This document shows, one piece after another, positions 52,069 to 61,720 of a DNA stretch of 64,000 nucleotides; the first letter of the stretch is position 1, and every line of letters starts with the position of its first letter. The stretch spans positions 736,001 to 800,000 of the forward strand of contig CAWAHW010000004.1 of NCBI GenBank assembly GCA_963781885.1, read 5' to 3'. The translations under genes and the position numbers were made by a program. Below the pieces are notes generated by a model. The model was not told the DNA's origin. It saw nothing but the letters and a program-made list of their open reading frames with translations, and did not search any database. This DNA comes from an uncultured Spirochaetota bacterium (GTDB taxonomy: Bacteria; Spirochaetota; Spirochaetia; SZUA-6; Fen-1364).

Positions 52069-52156
52069 GTAGCGGTTCTATTCCGCTACCGCTACCTTGC
52101 CGCTACCGGGAAATGCCTTGTTTTCCAGTCTATTTCGCTTAAGTAGCGGGTAGCGG
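52069..52156 (+). repeat. Second six-copy GTAGCGG heptamer array
   Basis: GTAGCGG x1, CCGCTAC x3, GTAGCGG x2. Confidence 0.85.
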
Positions 52157-52883
52157 CAAATTTGGCAGAAAGGCATGCTCGCATTTCTTCCCCTCCTGAT
52201 AGCGAGAGCGTGTCTGAAATCCGGTCCTTCGATAAAACGGCACCGCACTTTTTGTAGTCGTAGCAGTATGGCTTCGCGATGGCGTGCCACATCCGGCGCC
52301 GGGAACACGGCTGCTCCGTAAGCTGATTGATCTGAACATGACCCTTGCAATCATCCACAGCACTCCCCTCTTCCCCGAAGACGCCGAACTACCGGAAGTT
52401 CAATCCGTTTATGCTATAGGCGAGCTGATGATCGACGGACCCTCAGCAAAACCTCTGAGCCAAATATTCCTTTGCATGCGGCATTGAAGAGGAGAGCTAT
52501 AAAAGGTCAACATTGTCTTCTTCGTGAGAGATCATCGGCATGCCGTACAAGTCGGCTACAGAACGGGCCAGCGCGTACCGGCTGAAACTCAACCTCAGGC
52601 TTCGTATCCATCGTCCGGCCGCGCGTTTCGAAGATGGCGATGCGGCGTCCGTCTAGTCGGGCTGCGAAGTAAACATGGAGCCTTGAGCTCGCCAGCAGAC
52701 CGCCGAAAGCCTCGAGGGCTGCCGCCGCATCCTCGCAGCACAGAATGACTATGAGCGCTCATGCCACTTCGACACTTCAATAGAAGTGAGGGCCTTGGTA
52801 GAATAGGGCGTGGAGTCAAGATGAACCAGCCCTGCTTTGATGCATGAAAGCTTGCGGTTGATTGTAAGCGCCCGAGGAACCAC

Positions 52884-54413
52884 CTACGCCTTTTCGGGAG
52901 GACATGTCAGCTTGGGAACGATATTCTGAGGTAGAAGCGCAACGTACTGCTCCGTTGTCGTCGCGGAAATCAGCTCATCGAACAGGAACCGCAGATACCA
53001 ATACGGTTCGTGCCCATTAGCTTTCGCGGTTTCAATGATGCTGTAGAGGGCAGCACTTGCCTGCGCCCCGCGAGAGGTGGCGCTGAATAGCCAGTTCTTC
53101 CTCCCTACCACGAACGGCCGTATGGCGTTCTCGGCAAGGTTGTTGTCAGGATGCAGCATCCCGTTCTCCGGGTACCGCTCCAGCCTTTCCCACTGCCCAA
53201 GGGAATATCCGACCGCCTTGCCCAGCAGCCCCTGGGGCGGCGTCTGATCACGAAGGTCCTCAAGCCATTTCTTGAACGCTGCCAGCAAGGGTTTCGCCTT
53301 TCGAGTGCGCAGTTCGGCTCTCTGCTCATCATCAAGACCCCGTTGATCAGCCTCAACTTCCACGGCATAGAGCTTACGGATGTGCTCGATGGCCTCATGC
53401 GCCGCCGATCCAGCTGCCGCTACCTTGGTGACATCCACAAACTTGCGTCGTGCATGAGCCCAGCAGCCCATCATCACCACACCGTCGCAGCGGCCCAACT
53501 TGTCGTAGCCGCGGTAGCCATCGGTCTGTGCATACCCCTGGTAGCCATCCAGGAACTCGTAGGGCACGTCGCCACTGCGTGAGGGGTGATAGGCATAGAC
53601 CAGGGTGGGAGCTTTCGGATTCCCGCCCCGATATACCCACATCTGGCTCGTTGATCCCGGATCACTCAATACCTGCAACGGTGTCTCATCGATCTGCACG
53701 TAGGGCCCAGCCCGTATCTGGTCTCGCATCAGCTGCAGAAATGGTTCCAGCCTCTGAGCCACCTCCATAGCCCAGCTGCACATCGTTGTCCGTGACAGAT
53801 CCACTCCCATGCGGGCGAATATCTTCTCCTGGCGGTAGAACGGCAGGGCGTCGGCGAACTTGCTCACCATCAGGTAGGCCAGGAGTTCGGGAGTAGCGAT
53901 GCTCTTGGGGATCAATTGAGGAGCCGGCGGGGCGATCTTCACCGCACCCCCCTCTGTATCCACTCCCTGGCATGCTCGGCAGGCGTACTGGGGCCTCACA
54001 TGCTGAATGACCTTCGCATGGGCAGGAATGATCTGCAACTGCTCGCTCACCTCTTGCCCGATGCGGCTCATTACCGCTCCGCAGGCGCACACCTTCTGCT
54101 CTTCGGGGATATCGTGCACCACTACTTCCCGCGGCAAGTTCTCAGGCAGCGGGCGGCGACCGGCTTTCTTGCGCGTGTGGCCAGCAACGGCAATGACGGG
54201 TTCTTCAGGCTCGGAGGCTTCAACGGCCGCTGAGGATCCCTGCTCGGCCTCGTTGAAAAGCCGCGCCTGCTTCTCCTCCGCCTCACGATCCGCGGAGCGC
54301 CCGAAGCGGTGAGCTTTGGCCAACCGTAGCTCTTCTTCAAGAATCTGGATCGTCTTGCCCTGCTCGATAACCAAATGGCGCAGCTCCTGCACATCCGTGG
54401 GAATATCAGCCAT
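52884..54413 (-). CDS. tnpC: IS66 transposase TnpC
   Basis: KFADALPFYRQ, IDETP, QTDGY, CWAHARRKF, DNNLAENAIRP, GRKNWLF. Confidence 0.95.
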   Translation of the reverse strand: MADIPTDVQELRHLVIEQGKTIQILEEELRLAKAHRFGRSADREAEEKQARLFNEAEQGSSAAVEASEPEEPVIAVAGHTRKKAGRRPLPENLPREVVVHDIPEEQKVCACGAVMSRIGQEVSEQLQIIPAHAKVIQHVRPQYACRACQGVDTEGGAVKIAPPAPQLIPKSIATPELLAYLMVSKFADALPFYRQEKIFARMGVDLSRTTMCSWAMEVAQRLEPFLQLMRDQIRAGPYVQIDETPLQVLSDPGSTSQMWVYRGGNPKAPTLVYAYHPSRSGDVPYEFLDGYQGYAQTDGYRGYDKLGRCDGVVMMGCWAHARRKFVDVTKVAAAGSAAHEAIEHIRKLYAVEVEADQRGLDDEQRAELRTRKAKPLLAAFKKWLEDLRDQTPPQGLLGKAVGYSLGQWERLERYPENGMLHPDNNLAENAIRPFVVGRKNWLFSATSRGAQASAALYSIIETAKANGHEPYWYLRFLFDELISATTTEQYVALLPQNIVPKLTCPPEKA

Positions 54414-54478
54414 GTTAGCCACGCGTGTCACGGGCACATGCGTAGCATTGTTGACTTCCGGACGTTCAAGGACTTTTC

Positions 54479-54826
54479 TCAAACAACTCGGGAGTATTTC
54501 ACTTCCGCGTGCGCTTCCCTGACATCAAGACCCGCCAACAACCATTCCAGTTGCCGACCATCCATCTGCATGACCTCCGCGGCGCTCTTCGGCCAGCGGA
54601 ATCGATCACGTTCCAGGCGCTTCTGCCAAAGGCAGAAGCCGTTACGGTCCCAGTAGAGAACCTTGATCCTATTGCGCCCTCGGTTGCTGAAGACGAAATA
54701 CCCGCCCCCCAGAGGATCGTGCCCCATATGCTGCTGCGCCAGGATCGCCAGCCCATTGATCGCCTTTCTCATATCCGTGACGCCCACTGCCAGGTAGACC
54801 TTCGCGTTGGTCTCCAGTCTCATCAT
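54479..54826 (-). CDS. tnpB: IS66 accessory TnpB
   Basis: TDMRKAINGL, KVLYWDRNGFCLWQKRLE. Confidence 0.95.
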   Translation of the reverse strand: MMRLETNAKVYLAVGVTDMRKAINGLAILAQQHMGHDPLGGGYFVFSNRGRNRIKVLYWDRNGFCLWQKRLERDRFRWPKSAAEVMQMDGRQLEWLLAGLDVREAHAEVKYSRVV

Positions 54827-55164
54827 GCGCGACGCTCCACCACCTGCAACAACTCTTCCAGGGTACGGGTGCAGAATCCGGGGTACACCTCGATGTGATA
54901 TCCCCTCCCTACCACAAGGCGAATAGCTCCATGTCGGTCAGGGTTCATCATCGTATGCGGCAGTTGCATGGGCACGGGAACGAATGTGGCGGGTTTCTCA
55001 TCCTTTCCCATCAGCTTCAGTTTCCAGTAGACAAATGCATGTTTGGATATTTGATGCTCTCGGCAATACTCGACTTGTTTCAGGCCGCTGGCTTTCCAGG
55101 CCGCCAGTTGTTCGTTCCAGTATTGTCTCCTCTGCTCGTCCTGTCCTGCCTTTTCCAAATCCAT
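54823..55164 (-). CDS. tnpA: IS66 accessory TnpA
   Basis: WKASGLKQVEYCREHQIS..FVYW and FVPV. Confidence 0.88.
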   Translation of the reverse strand: MDLEKAGQDEQRRQYWNEQLAAWKASGLKQVEYCREHQISKHAFVYWKLKLMGKDEKPATFVPVPMQLPHTMMNPDRHGAIRLVVGRGYHIEVYPGFCTRTLEELLQVVERRA

Positions 55165-55245
55165 GATGCTCCTCCTCGTGGTCGATTTGGGAGCATCATT
55201 TCACGTAGATGATTTTTCCAGAAGTTGCGGTTTATCGGGCGCTTA

Positions 55246-56364
55246 GGATCAATCGCTTCAAGGCAGATGGTTCGAAAGGTTTGGAAGAACTCAGCCGACG
55301 GCCGCATAGTTGCCCTTGGCAAATGGATGAACGGATTGCGGCGGATCTCATCGCGATGAGAAGAGCGCGGCCCAGCTTGGGACCGAAGAAGCTGCTGAAA
55401 AAGCTGCAGAAACGCCACCGCTATCTCGAGTTGCCCGCTGTGTCCACTGTGGCGCACCTTTTAGACCGAGAGAGTTTGATAGCCGAGCCCAGAAGACACC
55501 GCCGAGCACATCCCGGATGCCCGAAGAACGTGGCTACTTCTCCCAACGACACCTGGGCGGCCGACTACAAGGGACAGTTTCGGCTGAAGAACGGCCAATA
55601 CTGCTTCCCACTAACTGTCAGCGATCTGTATTCTCGCTTCCTGCTGGGCTGTGAGGCACACCCCGCAGTTTCCATGGAACGCACAATTGCCTATTTTATG
55701 CACCTTTTCCGCACTTATGGGCTGCCCAACCGCATCCGAACTGATAACGGAGTGCCCTTTGCCTCCTGCGCTTTGGCTCGGCTTTCGGCTCTACAGGTGA
55801 TGTTCATCAAGTATGGGGTCTACCCAGAGCTGATCGAACCAGGAAAGCCGCAACAAAATGGAATCCATGAGCGCATGCATCGTACCCTCAAGCAGGAGGC
55901 CACCATACCTCCGGCGAGCAGCCTGAGCGGGCAGCAGAAAAAGTTTGATTCATTTAGGGAGGAGTTCAACACCGAGCGCCCGCACGAAGCTCTTGGCATG
56001 GTCGAACCTGCAAGTGTGTACTGCCCCTCAGGACGAACGTTACCTGAGCATGTTGGCATCTACGACTATCCGCACCACTACCTGGTTCGGCGCGTGAGTC
56101 GCTGCGGTACCATTCGCGTGTTTCACAACCAGGTCTTTGTGACGCAAACCCTCAATGAGGAGTACGTGGGTCTCGAGGAAGTGGATGACGGGGTCTATGA
56201 TCTATACTTCTGTTTCTACCAGATTGGTCGCTACGAATTGCGCACCAACAAGATCCAGGATATTATCTCTCGGGTGCCAACCAGTCAGCCCCGGGCGGAT
56301 CTGACTTCGAGGGTGTTACCGATGTCTTTAGAATAATGTGTTACCCATGTCTTTGGACTGTACA
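55246..56364 (+). mobile_element. IS481-family element, 5'-truncated by IS66
   Basis: Transposase remnant to 56336 (WAADYKG, TDNGVPF, NGIHERMHRTLK). Right end has TGTTACC-type repeats and ends in TGTACA. Confidence 0.88.
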
Positions 56365-56372
56365 GGACGGCT

Positions 56373-56488
56373 GCATAACAAATCGTTGGAGCACTCCGGA
56401 CTAGAATTTGGTCCACCAGACCCACTTCCGGGGCCGATCTTTGTGGTTTCTGTCTGATGCGGGCCGGGTGCTCAACTCTATGTTATAG
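56373..56488 (+). repeat. attC 1 (type A)
   Basis: GCATAAC-AAATCGTTGGAGCAC...GTGCTCAACTCTAT-GTTATAG. Confidence 0.9.
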
Positions 56489-56525
56489 CTCCCAAAGGTC
56501 ACTATTCGTCGGAGGAAATACGCTA

Positions 56526-57581
56526 GTGAGAACCGATCCAGTATCGCAGGTGCTGTCTTCCGTCTCCCGCGTCACCGATGTGCTCGTCACGGTACTCATC
56601 CTTGGTTGCTCGGTCGGTGTGTTCTCGTCTGCCCTGGTATCATTGATAACACCGTCATCCATCGCCCTATTGGCCCTGCTTACAGTTTCGCTCCTGGCAA
56701 CCGCCGCCGCCTTCGTTCGACTCACATTCAGCGAGATCGCGGTTCGATCTGCGAGTATGACGGTTCCGACCGCTTTTGCTGTCAACTTGAAGACCGGCCG
56801 GGCATCCCCGCCTGTTCGCCTGCGAATGGCTGCCTCGGTGACGGCAGAGCCTCGGCCCTTTCCGATTGTTTTCCTCGAAGTTCACAATCGTCTCCAAGAC
56901 GCGGAACTGGATGCTGGAATCGACCGGCAGTTCTTTGAGCCGATGGCATGCCTCCTCTATGCGCTTCGGGACAAGCTGGGTGCCTGCGACGCTTTCGCTC
57001 CTCTACTCGCAAGAATAAGCCGCGGCCCTTTCATCAATAGCGTTGTTCAGCAACCGCTGTCTCATTTGCCGCAGGACATAGAGCAGATTGCACCCTCAAT
57101 TCTTGATACTGCAGTGCTACGTCGCTACTTTCACGGGCTCACATTCAACCTACCGACCGGTGTCACACTTCGTCTGTCCCTAAACCCTTTGGAGCTGTGG
57201 ATTGCGGGATATGGTATCAGCCTTCGACTGCATCCGATAACCGCCGTGGCTGCCGGTGGAGCCACCTCCACATGGAAGCGACGTTTCTTCGATCACGACA
57301 ACTGCCGCATCTCGGGCGCTGCTTTCCACCTTACGCTTACCTACGGAGGCCCGGGGTTGCTATTTGTCCGCAAGAAGGTACAACCGCCCAAGTGGTCGAC
57401 GGAGGCCATCCTGAGTTGGTTTCAGGGCCTCGTTGACTGGATCAGCGGCTATCTCGATTGGCTGGATACCGATGACGAAATCAGGACTGCGGAGAGATTT
57501 GACCTAGTCACCGAATCGCCCCTTCACTATCGTTCGGCGTCTGGCTCTCTCCCCCCTGACATTGTGTTTGAGATTGAGTAG
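56526..57581 (+). CDS. Cassette: hypothetical protein with two N-terminal TM helices
   Basis: GGAGG RBS and GTG start; fills the space between attC1 and attC2. Confidence 0.7.
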   Translation: MRTDPVSQVLSSVSRVTDVLVTVLILGCSVGVFSSALVSLITPSSIALLALLTVSLLATAAAFVRLTFSEIAVRSASMTVPTAFAVNLKTGRASPPVRLRMAASVTAEPRPFPIVFLEVHNRLQDAELDAGIDRQFFEPMACLLYALRDKLGACDAFAPLLARISRGPFINSVVQQPLSHLPQDIEQIAPSILDTAVLRRYFHGLTFNLPTGVTLRLSLNPLELWIAGYGISLRLHPITAVAAGGATSTWKRRFFDHDNCRISGAAFHLTLTYGGPGLLFVRKKVQPPKWSTEAILSWFQGLVDWISGYLDWLDTDDEIRTAERFDLVTESPLHYRSASGSLPPDIVFEIE

Positions 57582-57589
57582 TGGATTGT

Positions 57590-57705
57590 GCCTAACAAAT
57601 CGTTGGACCAGTCGCCTTAGAATTTGTCTGGATTGACCCAACTTTGTCCTAATCGTCGGGTGGGGCTGGGGTGATGCGGCGGCGCTGGTCAACTCTATGT
57701 TAGGC
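57590..57705 (+). repeat. attC 2 (type B)
   Basis: GCCTAAC-AAATCGTTGGACCAG...CTGGTCAACTCTAT-GTTAGGC. Confidence 0.9.
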
Positions 57706-57717
57706 GGATACAAACCT

Positions 57718-58515
57718 ATGTTTGTAGCGAGAAGTGAATCCTCCTCAAGGTGCATTGCTTGGGAAACCGAAAAGGACGAGGCGCCCTTCTTTTGCCCCGA
57801 ATGTGACGCTCAAGTCATACTCAAGAAAGGACCCGCACGAATTGAGCATTTTGCGCATAAGCCCCCGGTGAATTGCATCTACGGTAAAGGGGAGACAGCG
57901 GACCACCTGCGCGCAAAGAAGGCGATTTACCTTGCTCTCCAAAAACACACAGACTGCACAAGATGCGAAATGGAGCGCTCCCTCAAGGGGGTACGGCCGG
58001 ACATAAGCCTTCGCATTCGTGGAACTCCAGTTGCGATTGAAGTTCAGAATAGCTCAATCGCGATCGAAACGATCTTTCAACGCTCCGTGCGCTACTATGA
58101 CCTCGGTATCAGCGTCATGTGGGTCCTTCCAATGCACTTCCCAACTTCTGCTTACTACGATGAGGAAGAAGCTGAAGTTCACAGAATGAAGCATTGGGAA
58201 AAATATATTCAGGCCCTTCATTTTGGGCGTCTCTATTACTGGCAACTTGGAAGTTTCGTCCATGCTTATCATTTCAAACCATTTCGGAAGTACGTTCCGG
58301 AATCGGAGTGGTACAATCCCGATGGATCCCAAGAAACCCCTGGGGGGTACTATCAGGGGAGGAAGGACTTGCGAGAAGTGTGTAAGTTGGGGCCTCAACT
58401 CCTAGATATCGCGTTCGACTTTGTTCCAAAAATGCACCGCAAGGTATTTGCCATTTCTCAAGGGAGAATTCCAATTTGTAGCACATGGCAAGACAATGTG
58501 CAGAGATGGTGGTAG
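57718..58515 (+). CDS. Cassette: CoiA-like Zn-ribbon PD-(D/E)XK nuclease
   Basis: FFCPEC..VILKKG..HFAH, ET..HL.AK, RPDI...AIEVQNS. Confidence 0.85.
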   Translation: MFVARSESSSRCIAWETEKDEAPFFCPECDAQVILKKGPARIEHFAHKPPVNCIYGKGETADHLRAKKAIYLALQKHTDCTRCEMERSLKGVRPDISLRIRGTPVAIEVQNSSIAIETIFQRSVRYYDLGISVMWVLPMHFPTSAYYDEEEAEVHRMKHWEKYIQALHFGRLYYWQLGSFVHAYHFKPFRKYVPESEWYNPDGSQETPGGYYQGRKDLREVCKLGPQLLDIAFDFVPKMHRKVFAISQGRIPICSTWQDNVQRWW

Positions 58516-58520
58516 TATCC

Positions 58521-58635
58521 GCCTAACAAATCGTTGGACCAGTCGCCTAGGATTTCTTGTGGATAGACCCAACTTTTTCCTAATCGTCGGGTGGGGCCGG
58601 TTGATGCGGCGGCGCTGGTCAACTCTATGTTATGT
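58521..58635 (+). repeat. attC 3 (type B)
   Basis: GCCTAAC...GTTATGT; TATCCGCCTAAC complements the cassette start GTTAGGCGGATA. Confidence 0.9.
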
Positions 58636-58734
58636 CCATCCGCAATTTGATCGACTGCGACTGTATTACCCTGCTTGCGGACGCCGCATTGACGGCTCAC
58701 GTAGATCAAGGTAGAATACTATTGGAGGCATTCT

Positions 58735-58929
58735 ATGGCCAAAGAAGATCCAAAAAAAGGAACCGAGTCTAGGGACAAGGTTTTCAGCGAAAGCTTGGAA
58801 TTCGTGCAGGACTCTGCAGATGCCTTGTCTTCGGCCGCGGAGACGGCTGGACCGCCACCAAAGCTCTTTGTGAACAAGAAGCAGGCATCCAAGGCACCGA
58901 ACAGCGACAAGAAGAAGGGAAATAGCTAA
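58735..58929 (+). CDS. Cassette: small charged disordered peptide
   Basis: GGAGG RBS; 64 aa. Confidence 0.6.
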   Translation: MAKEDPKKGTESRDKVFSESLEFVQDSADALSSAAETAGPPPKLFVNKKQASKAPNSDKKKGNS

Positions 58930-58946
58930 CCTCGCCTTGAGGCTAT

Positions 58947-59940
58947 ATGGCCCTACCCGCGGATCTTATCGTTTCCCTACTTTTTCTCTTACCCGGCTTT
59001 TTGGTTGTGCAGGCTAGACGCCGTGCCAAGGAGTATGTTCAGCATGAAGCTTTTGAATTCACTATCATTTCCCTGGCATTCAGCTTTTTTCTTCTTTTAC
59101 TGTGGGTAGCTATTTGTCTTTTCCAAAGGGCGCTAATCGATTCGAAATTTTCTGTCTTTCAGTCTCTAGAAGAATATGTCTCGAAGTCCGGGGTTGCCTC
59201 CCTTTTCAATAGCTATGTCTATATTGCACTCATTTGCTATTTGCTAGTTTTCTTGACTTTTACCTTCGTTGCATATGCGTTTGCATATTCGTCTACCCTT
59301 CACTTTGTCGTGCGGATTTTTGGCCTCAGGAGAAGGACAAGGCATCTGACCCCGTGGGAGGACTTCCTTCATCTAAATCGGAGGCGTTGGGTAAGCATTT
59401 CACTCAACGATAATCGAACTTACGTAGGACGAGTTGGAATTTTCAGCCATAAACCATTTGAGGATGAACTTATTCTGATTAAACCCTGCTCTTTCTCTTT
59501 GCCATACTTCCTTGCTGGTCGCAATCAAACGAAGCTCCGCCAGGATGGTTCGAAGGCGATGCTGTAACCGAATCATCTCTCGCTGGGATTTGGTGGATCG
59601 ACGTGCCGTTAGTGATCAAAAGCATGGAATCATCACCTACAAAGGCACAAAGCAACAGCGTACGTCCAAACCTTTGGCAAGCGTCTACATACCTTCTCGC
59701 AGCATTGTTTCAATGGAGTCATACGTCTCGGGAGTAGAGAGGAAGGAACTGGTTTGGCACCATTGGGTGCTCCTTGTGGCAGCTTTCGCTCTTTTCGTCT
59801 TCTTGGCAAGAGTTTCCTATACGATTCCGGCGGCAGCATTTCATATCAGACGGATAGAATTGATTGACTGGATTACGCTTGGCGGCATAGCCGCGTGCGT
59901 TGCATCAATGCTGTTCATGCGATCATCTTTTTCACGTTAG
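58947..59940 (+). CDS. Cassette: DUF6338-like membrane protein, interrupted at ~59481-59610
   Basis: LLFLLPGFL, TMs, TPWEDF..WVSISLNDNRTYVG; continues in another frame. Confidence 0.65.
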
Positions 59941-60077
59941 CAATCCTATTATAGTAGGTTAGAAAATCCTTCAGTCCCGACAAGCAATTCTACTGCTAGA
60001 CATTGGGCCGCTCAAGCATATGGACTCGATAGATTTATGAAGAAGGCTTCCTTGGAATCCAATCGATTTTTTGGTGG

Positions 60078-60193
60078 GCATAACATAGAGTTGACCAGCG
60101 CCGCCGCATCAACCAGCCCCACCTCGACGATTAGGAAAACGCTGGGTCTAAACAGAGAAAATCCTAGGCGACTGGTCCAACGATTTGTTATGT
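60078..60193 (-). repeat. attC 4 (type B), inverted
   Basis: The reverse complement reads ACATAAC-AAATCGTTGGACCAGTCGCCTAGG...CTGGTCAACTCTAT-GTTATGC. Confidence 0.92.
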
Positions 60194-60316
60194 CCATCCT
60201 GGCGATAATTGAGGTATGAAGTCAACGCATCTTGCCAAGCGTCGTTCAGATGCTGCAAAAATGAAGGCAATTCAACCTTTAGGACTCTACTCAATTTGAC
60301 ACAAGAAAGCTGGTGG

Positions 60317-60431
60317 GCATAACAAGTCGTTGGAGCACTCCAGGCTGAATTTGCTCCAATAGACCCGCTTCCGGCCCAAATCTTCGTGGTCTTTGTCTGA
60401 TGCGGGCCGGGTGCTCAACTCTATGTTCTGC
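60317..60431 (+). repeat. attC 5 (type A)
   Basis: GCATAAC...GTTCTGC. Confidence 0.9.
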
Positions 60432-60538
60432 GCATCTTTGATATTGAAGCTATTAGCAGGCGGCCAGGTTTCCGAATGATCCGTCACTTCCGTCCCCACT
60501 ACAACTTCCATTTCTGCGAACCGTGTGATATCATACAC

Positions 60539-60889
60539 ATGAAAGGCAAATGGAACGAAATGACAGGACAAATGGAGTCAGTAGAAACCCGGCAGGCAAT
60601 CATAGACTACATCGACTCACAGATGCCGCGGTTTCGTAGCACATATTATGTTCGCAAAATGGCTCTTATTGGATCATTTGCCAGAGATGAACAGACTTCT
60701 GGTAGTGATATTGATCTGCTGATAGACCTTGAACCCGGGGCACCCGACATTCACCAAATCAAGCATATCCTCAAGGCTGAGCTCGAGCAACATTTTGGTC
60801 GAAGGGTGGAGATTGCGTCCGAGCGCTACCTGAAACCATACTATAGAAAGCAGATACTCCAGGAAGCTATTTATGTCCAGCAAGGATGA
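60539..60889 (+). CDS. Cassette: MNT (minimal nucleotidyltransferase) antitoxin; start uncertain
   Basis: IGSFARDE..SDIDLL. Confidence 0.9.
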   Translation: MKGKWNEMTGQMESVETRQAIIDYIDSQMPRFRSTYYVRKMALIGSFARDEQTSGSDIDLLIDLEPGAPDIHQIKHILKAELEQHFGRRVEIASERYLKPYYRKQILQEAIYVQQG

Positions 60890-61217
60890 AGCCAATCTTT
60901 TGGCAATCCTCGACTCAATGCAAAGGATCAAAGAATACATCCAAGGTATCAACTCGCCTGATGACTTCTTGAAATCAAAGGTAGTCTTTGACGCTACCTT
61001 AATGAACTTCATTAATATTGGAGAGATGGCAGACCGATTGTCGATCAACCTCCGCGATCAAAACAGTGACGTCGACTGGCAAAAGATAAAGGACTTCAGA
61101 AATATCGTTGCGCACGATTACCTTGGAATTGATGCTGAAGAAGTATGGCAGATAATTCAAAGTGACATCCCTTCTTTGAAAAAGTCGATTGAAAAAATCT
61201 TAGCCACATTCCAGTAG
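60873..61217 (+). CDS. Cassette: HEPN (DUF86) RNase toxin
   Basis: IGE and RNIVAHDY (RxxxxH). Confidence 0.92.
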   Translation: MSSKDEANLLAILDSMQRIKEYIQGINSPDDFLKSKVVFDATLMNFINIGEMADRLSINLRDQNSDVDWQKIKDFRNIVAHDYLGIDAEEVWQIIQSDIPSLKKSIEKILATFQ

Positions 61218-61238
61218 TGCCAATGGACTCGAAAGAGC

Positions 61239-61352
61239 GCAGAACAAATCGTTGGAGCACTCCAGGCTGAATTTGCTCGAATAGACCCGCTTCCGGAGCA
61301 AATCGGTGTGGTGCCTTCTGATGCGGGCCGGGTGCTCAACTCTATGTTAGAT
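61239..61352 (+). repeat. attC 6 (type A)
   Basis: GCAGAAC...GTTAGAT. Confidence 0.9.
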
Positions 61353-61397
61353 GCTCCAAGATAAGGAGCATTCTCACTTGCGGGTAAACGGTCTCTC

Positions 61398-61426
61398 TTG
61401 ACGTGGTGCTGAAATATAACTATATT
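61398..61426 (+). promoter_or_regulatory. TA cassette promoter (probably leaderless)
   Basis: TTGACG-17 bp-TATATT; ATG starts 7 nt after the -10 box. Confidence 0.65.
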
Positions 61427-61432
61427 GTAACT

Positions 61433-61720
61433 ATGGCAAGCATTACGGTTCGCAACATACCTGATGACGTGCTTGGGAAGATCAAAGCACTTTCTTCAAT
61501 AGAGAAGCGCAGTGTCAACAACGAGATTCTCGTGATCCTCGAGCGGGGAACATATGATGAGTATGAGGACAAACTGCAAAAGCGCAAGTATCTCTCAAAG
61601 GCTACTCAGGTTGAGATCTGGAAACGTTTGGCGGGTACCTGGGAGGATAGCCGATCCGCAAAGGAGATAATTGAAGACATCTATACCCACAGAACGGGTG
61701 GCCGTGACGTGCAGCCATGA
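61433..61720 (+). CDS. Cassette: FitA-like RHH antitoxin
   Basis: MASITVRNIPDDV..RSVNNEI. Confidence 0.85.
   Translation: MASITVRNIPDDVLGKIKALSSIEKRSVNNEILVILERGTYDEYEDKLQKRKYLSKATQVEIWKRLAGTWEDSRSAKEIIEDIYTHRTGGRDVQP

Larger units (their letters stand above)
52864..55245 (-). mobile_element. IS66-family insertion sequence
   Basis: Terminal IRs GTAAGCGCCCGA / TCGGGCGCTTA enclosing tnpABC; no target duplication visible. Confidence 0.92.

Noticed and set aside
51420-52860. Missing integrase of the xis-DUF3631 module
   Set aside because: Only short ORFs with no recombinase motifs are present.
55209-55245. Predicted start of the IS481 ORF (MIFPEVAVYRAL)
   Set aside because: This sequence is the IS66 end; the native N-terminus is missing.
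59481-59610. Insert as a degenerate attC or MITE
   Set aside because: It has AAC...GTT ends but no internal complementary arms or terminal inverted repeats.
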